A stretch of 61,914 bases of DNA, counting the filler, from Basidiobolus ranarum (taxonomy: Eukaryota): the NCBI GenBank assembly GCA_040143965.1. It is 22 parts of 22 records of this genome, joined end to end, with 100 filler letters (N's around TTAATTAATTAA, not from the genome) between each part and the next. Parts side by side here need not be neighbours in the genome. Positions count along the whole stretch, not along the records: positions 47,959 to 50,671 come from JASJQH010003044.1; positions 50,772 to 53,483 come from JASJQH010003045.1; positions 53,584 to 56,294 come from JASJQH010003046.1; positions 56,395 to 59,104 come from JASJQH010003047.1; 18 more parts are not named here. One strand, given 5' to 3'. Below, piece by piece: positions 48,591 through 59,204 of the stretch; positions within the stretch are counted from its first letter, which is position 1; the number at the start of each line of letters is the position of its first letter. The notes under the pieces were generated by a model that was given only the letters and a program-made list of their open reading frames with translations, did not search any database and was not told the origin of the DNA. Position numbers and translations under genes: made by a program.

Positions 48591-50481
48591 TGTAGATTGT
48601 AAAAGTGCTTGAGGAGTATTTAGAAAAGTATGAAAGGAAAAATGCAGTTAATGTATGCAGCAAGTTGCTTCAACAGAAGAACATTCAACTTGACATTCAG
48701 GCTGATGTTGACTGTGCTAATATCTGGGAAGAACTTAACACAGACTGACACAATATTGCAAGGTATCTGCCATATTGCTGGAAATTGTTTATTTGGGAAT
48801 GTTAATACAATGGTGGGCTTTGATGGATAGATGAATATAAACTTGCATTAGATATGAGCCAAACCATGGGCATGAAGAACTCTATAAAAATATTCAGGAG
48901 AATATATCAAAGAAACCAGGGATTTTGAAGGTGACAAGTTGGTGTTCATGTGGTAAATGTGGACCAGGTACACCAGTTGGAAGAGTCCATATTTGGAAGT
49001 TTATCCAATACCCGGCTTCTCTCAACAAGCCCAAACACTAACAAATCAAACTGATGGCTCTCCAACCTCAACTGATACTTTTCACAGGGTTGATATTAGC
49101 TGCAAACTTAAAGACAAGCAAAAAGCCATATAACTACCACAAGGCATGCTCAGTAGTGTCACACTACAAGGAGGTATAAAAATTGTAAAAGTGCTTGAGG
49201 AGTATTTTCAAAAGTAGGAAGGGAAAAATGAAGTGCAAGAATGCAGTAAGTGGCTTTGACAGAAGAACATTCAACCTGACATTCAGTCTGGTGTTGACCA
49301 TGCAGATATCTGGGAAGAACTTAGTACATAGTGACACAATGTTGCAGGGTATCCACCAGATAGCTGGAAGTTATAAAAGTGTTTAGGGTATTTGGAAGTG
49401 TTTTGGACAAGATTTGGATTAGTGAATTAGACACTTGAGCTTTATTAAATTGAAAATGTCCCATTTGCAATTTACCATAAATAGGACTATTGGACATGCT
49501 TGGATCATAACAAACATGCCTGTTAAGTATGGGTGAAAATTTGAGATGGTTTGGAGAAGTTTCAAGAAGATAGTGAAATTGATAATAGTGTTCTGATTGA
49601 TGTTTCTACATATTAGAGTATATTGATAAATCTGAAATAATAGGGGATAAGAATAATAGTGTGAAATGATTGGCTTGAAAATATGGGTAAGTTAAGTATG
49701 GATAACAAAATAGAAATTGTGCAATAGTAATGATATGAGCTTGGAGTGGAAATAAGTCAACCTGCCAGAGGGTAGCAATGCTGCCCTACTACAATGGCTC
49801 TCCAACCTCAACTGGTACTTTTGAAAGTGTTGCAATTAGCCCCAAAGGTAAAGGCAAGCAAAAAGCCACACAAACACCATAAAGCACCCTCAGTAGTGTC
49901 ACACTTCACAAACAAACAAAAATAGTCAAAGTGCTTGAGGAGTATTTTGAAAAGTATGAGGGGAAAAAAGCAGCGCAAGTATGCAGAATGTGGCTTAAGA
50001 AGAAGAACATTCAACTTGACATTCAGTCTGGTGTTGACCATGCAGATATCTGGAAGAACTTAATACAGAGTGCCACAATATTGCAGGGTATCTGCCAGAT
50101 TGCTGGAAGAATGTTGATTCAGCAACATTAATACAATGGTGGGCTTTGATGGAGATATTGATACAAACTTCTGTTGGGTATGGACTAAACCTTAGGTACA
50201 AAGAGCTCTATAAAAACACTCAGGAGAATATATCAAAGAGACTAGGGATTTCAAAGGTGACAAAGTAGCTTTCTAGTGGTAATTGTGTAAAATTTGAGTT
50301 ATGTTTTTTGCACAGGTGTTGATCCATAGTTCTCTGAGATTGTAGCCATTCATGTGCAACTATTTTGCAGGATCAAATCTAACTTGAAAATTGTATAACA
50401 GTAAGTAAATGGTCAATCCCAAATGGATTAAAATTGTGACAGTTTTCCTACAATAATAATCCTTAAATTTTTGTTAGAGGG
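48591..50481 (+). mobile_element. Three partial orphan-ORF element copies, interrupted by partial LTR-A (about 49372-49620, -) and family D (49625-49792)
   Basis: Direct homology to 45715-46534. The last copy ends AAATTTTTGTTAGAGGG. Confidence 0.75.
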
Positions 50482-50771
50482 TAATCTATTCATTCAATGA
50501 CACATCTACTTGTGGCAGGACATTTGTTGACTGCAAGTTAGGGATATATTGGCCGAATTCTTTTCAGAAATTTGCCAAAATCCAAGAGCTTATTCTCATT
50601 GTGAATGGTAACAAGAGTCAGCTATTTGCCAAATGTCAGTGCTGTTTGAAATTTCAGATTTTTAGCAATTTNNNNNNNNNNNNNNNNNNNNNNNNNNNNN
50701 NNNNNNNNNNNNNNNTTAATTAATTAANNNNNNNNNNNNNNNNNNNNNNNNNNNNNNNNNNNNNNNNNNNN

Positions 50772-51266
50772 TCTGGTGTTGACCATGCAGATATCTGGGA
50801 AGAACTTAATACAGAGTGGCACAATATTGCAGGGTATCCACCAGATAGCTGGAAGAATGTTGATTGAGCAACATCAATACAATGGTGGGCTTTGATGGAG
50901 ATATTGATACAAACTCATGTTGGATATGAGTTAAACCTTGAGTATGAAGAACTCTATTAAAATATTCAGGAGAATATATCAAGGAAACCAGTGATTTCAA
51001 AGGTGACAAATTAACATCCAAGTGGTAAATGTGTAAAATTTGAGTTATGTTTTTTGCACATGTGTTGATCCATAGTTCTCTGGGATTGTAGCCAATCATG
51101 TCCAACTATTTTGCAAGATCTTGAAATTTCACTCCTTAAACTGAAAAAATTGATTAAAGTCAAATCTAACTTGATGATTTTACAACAATAAGTAAATGGT
51201 CAATCCCAAATGGATTAAAGTTGTGACGGCTTTCCTGCAATAACAATCCTCCAATTTCTGTTAGGG
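50772..51266 (+). mobile_element. Orphan-ORF element 3' part with terminus
   Basis: Homologous to 46040-46534. Ends CAATTTCTGTTAGGG. Confidence 0.8.
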
Positions 51267-52332
51267 CAAGTGATGCCAAGGATTTGTGGTGATCTGAATA
51301 TAACTCATATTATCTTGATGTATTGGGGTATGATTAACTTGGTAATATTCTAGTTCCTTGAGAAGACTCCTTCGCAATTTAACTTTGGGAACAGCCATAG
51401 AGCTTACCATATAGTCTGCTTCTCTAGTTGAAAATACAACAGTTTGTTGTTTCTTAAACACATATCTAGTTCTGGACTTAGAGTCTTCTGTATCTTTAGC
51501 CCAGTCCGCATCAGCATATCTTTCCAAAATAAGTGACATGTTGTACTGCTTACTAAATTGAATTCCATGATGTATTGTTCCTTTCAGATAGCATATTATC
51601 TGTTTTGCAGCTATCCAATGTTACATTGCAAGATTTTTCATATATTTGCTTACTATGCTTACTGCTATGGCAATATCAAGTCTAGTCCTAGTTGCTGCAT
51701 ATATGAGACTTCCAACTGCACTACAGTTGAGGATGTGTCTCATGATTTCAATATCTTCAGGGGTCTATGGTTCCATATTCTTAGTGAGTTTCAGCATAAT
51801 AAGTGGATTTAAAGCAGCTTTACATTCTGACACATTGAATTTGTTTAAAATATCTCCAATATATTCTTCTTATGTAATAAAGAGTGCCCAATATTGAAGT
51901 TTGAAATATCTGCACTGCAAGACAATATGCTAGTGATCCAAGATCTTGCATTTCAAACTGGGTAGATAGCCAGGTCTTAGTGTATTTCATCAGATTTGAG
52001 CAATTACTAACTATTATGATATCATCAACATAAAGAGCAATTATGACCTTGGTAGCTTTGATAGTCTTGAAGTGTATGCAGTGATCAGCTATGCTACAAT
52101 GGAAAAGATGTTTCATGAAGATCTGTTTGATTTTGGTATTCCATGCACAAGGAGCCTGTTTTAAACCATATAGACTTCTCTGTAGTTTGCATACTTGATG
52201 TTCTTTTCCTTTTGGAATATATCCCTCTGGTAGATCCATATATATATCTTCATCAATTTCTCCATTAAGAAATGCTGTGTTGACATCCATTTGTTCAATC
52301 AGCATTCCTTGGTGGGTAGCATGGTCAGACAT
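51267..52332 (-). mobile_element. Copia RT and RNase H remnant
   Basis: QMDVNTAFLNG.IDEDIYM, KLQRSLYGLKQA, ALYVDDI, FEMQDLG, YADADWA. Confidence 0.92.
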
Positions 52333-52681
52333 TTCACTTACAGAATGTTTTTAATTTCCACTTGGTAGGATTTCTGAGTCCTGATTGCCTGAATTTTGTG
52401 ATTGATTAAATATTGATTGCAATTGATTGCATACTTCCAATAATTGATTGCATCCAGTTTCAGCCAATTTGAGGTAGAATATTTCTTAGGTATATATCAG
52501 TATGATTGGTCAAAAAACTATTGCCTTGGTCTAAGCCCAAACTCCTGATTCCAGATTGGCTGGAGAGATATCCATTTTCTGTTTACTATATTTTTCATTA
52601 GCAACAATAATATGCTAATTTCCAGAAGCAGGTTCCAAATTATTTGTATCCTCAGAGATATTATCAGGTTTCTGGTATAAA

Positions 52682-53483
52682 TGTTAAAGTATTTGGGAGC
52701 CTGTTGGAAGTGGTTTGGAGAATTAGAGGTATTGGTGGTATTCACCTATTGATTTATTGAGTTGATAGTTAACATTGACAGTTTTGTCAAGATGTAAACA
52801 AACTAACATGTACAATGTGTTAAGGAAGGTTCCAGGAACATGTGTGCAAAGTTTGGTGCTTTTAGCACAAGGCTGAAAAATCTAAATATCTGAGAACTTC
52901 TAAATTGGTAGAAATATTCTGAGTAGATTCCAATTGGGAATAATTGATAATATCATAGCAAGTTATAATATAATTAAGAACTAAGATATATATGACTACA
53001 TAGATTTTTAGGCAATGCTAATGACAACACTCTCTCACAACTGATTAGTCATGTAAACTAATCCTAATAAAGGTCTAAATTTCTCAAATTTCTGTCTAGC
53101 TAAAGTCTTGGTTAAAATATCAGCAATCATGTCTTCTGTAGAGCAATAATTTAGTCAATAAACTTAATCTCTATAGTCTCTCTAATCAAGTGGTGCCTAA
53201 TATCTAGATGTTTGCTTTTGTTAAGAAATGTGGGATGTTTAGCTAATTTGATACAACTTTGATTATCTTAATATATTGTAGTTGGTAAATTTTGGGAATA
53301 ACCCAAATCTGTAAAGAGTTTTGTTAACCATGTTGCACTTTTGTTGCTTCACAGGCAGCCATTAAATCAGCTTCTGTTGTTGAAGGTGCTAAGGTAGGTT
53401 GTTTCTTTGAATTCCAAGAAATAGCTCCATTACAGCCAAGAAATAAGTACCCTATTGTAGATCTCCTGACTTCAATATTTCTT
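52682..53483 (-). mobile_element. Copia family B RNase H, PPT and 3' LTR (52682-53029)
   Basis: Homologous to 54653-55450. Reverse strand reads GTTGTGAGAGAG, then TGTTGTCATTAGCATTGCC. Confidence 0.88.
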
Positions 53484-54652
53484 NNNNNNNNNNNNNNNNN
53501 NNNNNNNNNNNNNNNNNNNNNNNNNNNTTAATTAATTAANNNNNNNNNNNNNNNNNNNNNNNNNNNNNNNNNNNNNNNNNNNNAATATGGCACCATCCCA
53601 CTGCAATTGGACATGATGATATTTGTGGAGATATTTTGCCAGCTTGTACCAAGCTACCCCATTTAGTATTGCCAATTTAGGATTTTGGATAACTGACAAT
53701 GCAAGTTCATCCCCCAATTTGTAACTTCCCAATTATAGAATGTGTAACAAGAAACAATTTATACTGTAACTTAAACAATCAAATATATAACCAAGACTTT
53801 CACATGTTTTTAGGTCAATCATTTGTCTCTCACTCACACATTATTCCGATCTTGAAATTGGCCCAATGGGTCCTGCATTATGAAACACCATTAGTTTTGG
53901 CACACAACTGACAAATCACTGCACTGAATGAAGGATTGCTCTGCAGTATGCCAGTAATGATTGAGATTGCTTGATTCATCATATTTAGATTGGCAAATTA
54001 TTTATTCCACCATGTAAGCTTCTAATTGGGTGAGAATGTGAACAAATTGAGCCACTGCAGCTGCACAAGCTTTTTATTGGTGGACATTTTTCATTTAACT
54101 GTAGTGAAATTACTTGTATTAATAGGTTAACATTGGTTTTTTGATATATGAAGATTTCATGCCATCAGTGTTCCATAAAGACATAAGCAATTTTGATCTA
54201 ACAAAAGCAATTTATGCTATACTTGACTGCAATCCATATTGCTTATGCATGATGCATTAAACTGTAGAGATGGGATGTTGCTAGTAAAAACAAGAGCATT
54301 GAGCAGTTGCCCAGGTTTGAAGCACTACATGCTGATTCATTTTTATTATTTTTGTTTCCTCCTTGATATTCCATGGAAGGAAATTGGCTTGAACCTCTGC
54401 ACTTGGTTGGTTGGTTTGATCCTGCTGAGGTTCTCTAACCTTGGCCAGCATGAGTTGTGACTTCAGGTCAATCTACTGTGGTGTGTGTTGGCTTGTCCAG
54501 TCTAGTTTGTGGTTTGTTTGTATCTATAGTCTCTTCTTCAGATGTGGAGCCTTCACTTAATGGATCAACCAGAAATTTCATCTCTTTTGACTGGCTGCCA
54601 TGATCTCTGTTGCATGGTGGAATGTCAACAAACATATTTTCTACCTTGAGTT

Positions 54653-56294
54653 TGTTAACATATTTGGGAGCCTGTAGGAAGTGGTTTGGAGAATTAGAGG
54701 AATTGGTGGTGTTTACTTGTTCATTTATTGAGTTGAAAGTTAACATTTATAGTTTTGTCAAGATGTAGACAAACTAGCATGTAGAATGCATTAAGGAAGG
54801 TCCCAGCAACATGTCTGCAAATTTGGGACTTCAAGCACAAGTTTAAAAAACTTCTATCACTGAGAATGTCAAAGTTGGAAAAATATTCTAAGTAAATTGC
54901 AATTGAGAATAAGAGATAACATCTTGGTGGAATATAAGATAACTAAGTACTAAGCTATATTAGACTATATAGGTGCTTAGGCAATTCTAATATCAGCACT
55001 CACACTCAACTAAATAGTCATAAAATTAATTCTAAAAAAGGTCTAAATTTCTCAAATTTCTTTCTAGCTAATGGTTTGGTTAATTTATCAGCAATAATGG
55101 CTTCTGTAGTACAATAAGTTAAAACAATAAACTTGTTCCATACAGTCTCTCTAATGAAGTGATGCTTATTAACTACTTGTTTGCTTCTATTATGAAACAT
55201 GGGATTTCTAGCTAATTTGATGCAACTATTATTATCCTGTAATATTGTAGTTGGTGAGTTTTGGGAATAACCTAATTCTGTTAAGAGTTTTATTAACCAT
55301 ATTGCTTCTCTTGTTGCTTCACAGGCAGCTATGTATTCTGCCTCTGTTGTTGAAAGTCCTATGGTGCGTTGTTTCTTTGAATTCCAAGATATAGCTTCAA
55401 TACAGCAAAGAAATGAGTATCCTGTTGTAGATCTCCTGTTGTTGATATTTCTTCCCCAATTTGCATCTGAATATCCATCCAATCAAAGTTTGACCCAGAA
55501 TTTGAGTAATTAAGCACACATCCACAGTATGTTTCAAATATATGAAATCAACTTAACTGCTATGATTTGCTCAGATCCATAATATTGCAGATATTGACAC
55601 ATAACTCCTGCAGAATATGCAAGATCTGGCCATGTTCCAACCATTATATACATCAAACTACCAACCATCTGTTAGTAAGGAAATTTCTGGCTTGTAGTTG
55701 AATCTAAAAGCATCTGATAATAGCCATTTTTGGTCAAGTTATGTTTTGTCTCCATCAGGATAGATACTTAATTACATACTTACATTTTAAACTTCTTTAG
55801 TGTATCTAGGATATAATTTGACAGGCTTGAAGTTATAGTTTTGGTAGTTTCATCTGTCTTGATTTGGATTCCATGATAGTGTGTCAGTTCACCAAGAGCA
55901 GTCATTTTTAATTTGGCAGATAAGCTGGATTTTGTTTTCTCCAAAGTCTTTAAGTCATAGGTTTCTTAAATCAGATCATCTACATAGAAGGTTAATAAAA
56001 CCAAGTTTGGCTTATCTCTCCCAAAGTAGAAACTAAAATCAGCACTATTCTTTTGGAATTTGGGTGTTTCCCAAAAAGTGTCCTTCTTGCTGTTCCAAGT
56101 TCTTGAAGATTGTTTTATGCCATATAGTGTTTTCTGGAGTTGGCAAACTTTTTTAGGGCTTTTTGGGTCTACAAATTCATCTGGCTGGCACATATAGATC
56201 TCCTCTGCAAGCTTGTCATTGAAAAAAACTGTTTTAACTTCCATTTGATATGTAATAAACTGATATATAGCTGAAATTGCTAAAATCAATCTAA
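54653..56294 (-). mobile_element. Copia family B RT, RNase H, PPT and 3' LTR (54653-54998)
   Basis: QMEVKTVF, LQKTLYGIKQS, FYVDDL, GYSDANWG..RRSTTGY, STTEAEYIA, ADKLTKPL. Confidence 0.92.
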
Positions 56295-56394
56295 NNNNNN
56301 NNNNNNNNNNNNNNNNNNNNNNNNNNNNNNNNNNNNNNTTAATTAATTAANNNNNNNNNNNNNNNNNNNNNNNNNNNNNNNNNNNNNNNNNNNN

Positions 56395-56510
56395 ACGGCA
56401 CAGATATACGAGTTACCATCAACTAGAGTGGATATACGAGTTACCAACAACTAGAGTGGAAGTTGTCGAGAAGTTCTCTTTATATCATTGGAGAACGAGG
56501 TTGGAGGTGA
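56395..56510 (-). pseudogene. Decayed paralogous fragment of the neighbouring alpha/beta hydrolase
   Basis: 56460-56508 aligns to about 57252-57308 (GTCGAGAAG..CTCTTTATATCATTGGAGA..GAGGTT). Reads LLDNF/TLVVGNSYICAV versus LLDDFTGPTLLVGHSYGCAV. Contains a 28-bp tandem duplication (56403-56430, 56431-56458). Confidence 0.7.
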
Positions 56511-56729
56511 TGGCAAATATTAGCTGACTTCAAACTGTTGAGATTGGAACGTCTTGGTCAGCACGGGTTGGGTATATCAGAATTGGATATGTCAGTCGCA
56601 TTCAAGTTCTAAGATTTTAAATTCCGATTTCAGTTCCGATCACGAATCACTGCTCATACCCATTTAAAGGAGGAGCAATAACGGGATCAATGATCAGACA
56701 TAGATTAGATATGTTTATTTATATTGACT

Positions 56730-57476
56730 TCATTCTTTTTTACCCTTAGTGGCTAATAAAATAAAGTTTGCAACCTGCTTCCAATGGCTAACCAACGATG
56801 CATGACTGGAATTCAACGAGATTGTGGTGGCATTGGCACGTTTGGCCATCATACGTTCAGCTGCTGGTGGGATCATCATATCATCGTTAGAAACTTGATA
56901 CCAAGATGGTAGTTTTTTCCAAGCAGGAGGTCCACTCTTCTCCGAAAATCCTAGTCCAGCAATCGGATTTTGAACTACAGCCATGGTTTTTGCCGTTTTA
57001 AGATCTACATCAGCCGCGAAATATTTGGGGAAATATTTAGGCTCCACCCAAAGATAGCCATGTGCATCAGGCTTGATATACTTGCCACTGGGCAATGGTG
57101 GATACTTGGAAAATATATCAGCCAATGACTCACCTTCATCAAGGGCAAAACCAGCAATGTAGACAACACCAACTACCTGCTTTGCATCGGTTCCGGCACC
57201 AGTAACAACAGCACAGCCATACGAGTGGCCAACTAGTAAAGTAGGCCCAGTGAAGTCGTCGAGAAGCTCTTGAACTCTCTTTATATCATTGGAGAGTGAG
57301 GTTAAAGGTAACTGAGCAGCTGTTACGTTATGACCGGCGTTCAGAAGTTTTGGAATCACTCTACTCCAACTGGATCCATCGGCCCAAGCCCCATGCACCA
57401 GAATGATGTTCATTGCGTAAGTCACCATCAGAGATGACTGAATTATAATCACAATTAAGAGCAATTGGAAATTCAT
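56730..57476 (-). CDS. Secreted alpha/beta hydrolase (Abhydrolase_6/esterase-like), bacterial-like, intronless
   Basis: Signal-peptide-like MNFQLLLIVIIIQSSLMVTYA, then IILVHGAWADGSSW, nucleophile elbow GHSYG, VYIAGFA.DEGES, PAWK.LPSWY...DxMIPP, SSHASLVSH. Ser/Asp/His triad candidates are present. Confidence 0.92.
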   Translation of the reverse strand: MNFQLLLIVIIIQSSLMVTYAMNIILVHGAWADGSSWSRVIPKLLNAGHNVTAAQLPLTSLSNDIKRVQELLDDFTGPTLLVGHSYGCAVVTGAGTDAKQVVGVVYIAGFALDEGESLADIFSKYPPLPSGKYIKPDAHGYLWVEPKYFPKYFAADVDLKTAKTMAVVQNPIAGLGFSEKSGPPAWKKLPSWYQVSNDDMMIPPAAERMMAKRANATTISLNSSHASLVSHWKQVANFILLATKGKKE

Positions 57477-57529
57477 TGTCAGAGAAGTCGGAATTGTAGT
57501 TTGTATTTTGATGTTGCTTCAAGCTTAGC

Positions 57530-57536
57530 TTTTATA
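57530..57536 (-). promoter_or_regulatory. TATA box of the hydrolase gene
   Basis: TATAAAA on the minus strand, about 55 nt before the ATG. Confidence 0.45.
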
Positions 57537-57893
57537 CTAGTCTGCTCTCCAGAAATGTTGATCCTTAATGATTTGCTTTAGATCTTGGTTAGTAAGGATC
57601 ACTTCGAGTATGCACTTTGGCCACTGATAGACGGTACATGCTTGGCACTGAATGTGCCATCAATAACTCTGGACAGTTGGAGAAAGAGAGTCACCTAATT
57701 GGCCAAGTAAATTCTTCATCAGCCGATTTGATACACTGACGCTAAGTCACTTGAGATGAATGTTGATCTTTAGCAAACCGATTTGTCCTAGTGCCAATAC
57801 CCATTCTACCCGAATTAGTACAACAGTTACGCCTAAGACGAAAAATGGATTTTTTGGCAGTGGAAATCACACATGGTATATTTCTCTTCTTCT

Positions 57894-57911
57894 TTAGGGC
57901 TAGGGTTAGGG
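57894..57911 (+). repeat. Three tandem telomere-like hexamers
   Basis: TTAGGG CTAGGG TTAGGG, about 420 bp upstream of the hydrolase ATG. Confidence 0.6.
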
Positions 57912-58661
57912 TAACAGATGAGTAATGGATGAGCAAAAGATGACTATTCATGTAATGCTTTTTCATCAACGTTGTGGCACTAACCGCCAATAATCCAAGT
58001 TATGCTCACCCAAAGCGTTCACGATAAACATTCACCCTTACTTACCATGTTTCATTCGCATTTTTGGTTTCACTTTCGAGCATATCACTTAAAGTTAGAC
58101 TTGCGGATCAAAACGCACTTGCTCTTAATACAGCATGTGCAGACCTTATTAAGCTCTGCTATTGGCCTAAAGGAATCGTTACGCATCTTGACGATGATGA
58201 ATGTTCTCTATCCTTGAAGTAGGGATTTTTCCGAGCTGACTAAGCGAGGTTTGAATTCTGTTTAATTAATGGAACACTAACCAATGAGATAGATTTGTGA
58301 TAGCTTGCATCGTTCACCAGGTAATAGGAATCAGATTTTGGCCAGAGTGTGAATACTAGCAAATTATATGACCTAAGTGATCAGGGAATCATGCAGCTTT
58401 AATAAAACCCGGTATTTATCGAAACTAATTAGAGCATTGTGTATAGGTATTCATGGCGGTGGTTAGGTCAGCTAGGGTGATGGTATGTTTACTAATACTA
58501 TTTGAAACTCATTAGTGTACCCAGAGCTCGAATCCTGGTATAATTTTAGGTTTAAATATGGCTTGAGCTTATTCTTGGCAACACCAACTAATCAAACTCA
58601 AATTTATTCTCTATTGGTTGATTAAGGAAATGTAATACCCTAAAAATGAAATATTCTTAAT

Positions 58662-59104
58662 TTAGTACTTGGGTAACGCTTGTAAAGCAGTTTCTAAGTT
58701 AATCACACTCGCTTGCTGGGGGAAGATATCATCAAGGAGTGCTTGACTAAGTGAGTAGCTTGGATCGATCACATTCTCTCGAATGATATAGATTTGATAG
58801 TCCATATCGCTGCAAATTCGCATCGTAGCAAGGATAACTCTGGAAGTGTATGCTCCAGACAGAACTACCGTGTTAATCAGGTTTGCGCGCAAAAGAAGTA
58901 AGTAGTAATGTTGATTGAAACATGGCGTCAAATCAGTACTTTTGGACAATGAAGTCTCCTTTCTTAGGTGCTACGTTGGAGAGAATGTCGCACTGTGTAG
59001 AATTGGTGAGTAGTTCGTTAGTACTGACATAAGGGTAGAAGGCCTTGTTCGCCTTGTCGGGTGAGAGTTCGGCAAACCCAGGAGTGAATTGAACTTATGA
59101 GTAT
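58662..59104 (-). pseudogene. Isochorismatase/cysteine-hydrolase family pseudogene, 5' truncated
   Basis: VQFTPGFAELS...NKAF...VAPKKGDFIVQKY*FDAMF, a frameshift, then LLRANLINTVVLSGAYTSRVILATMR..SDMDYQIYII.ENVID...LLDDIFPQQA. TGA at 58935-58933 falls where the family usually has Arg. Confidence 0.8.
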
Positions 59105-59204
59105 NNNNNNNNNNNNNNNNNNNNNNNNNNNNNNNNNNNNNNNNNNNNTTAATTAATTAANNNNNNNNNNNNNNNNNNNNNNNNNNNNNNNNNNNNNNNN
59201 NNNN

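Noticed and set aside
2730-59204. Regularly spaced TTAATTAATTAA repeats every 2.8 kb or so
   Set aside because: Artificial six-frame-stop linkers between size-sorted contigs. Not CRISPR or satellite DNA. Cross-contig neighbourhoods (for example MutS next to Copia) mean nothing.
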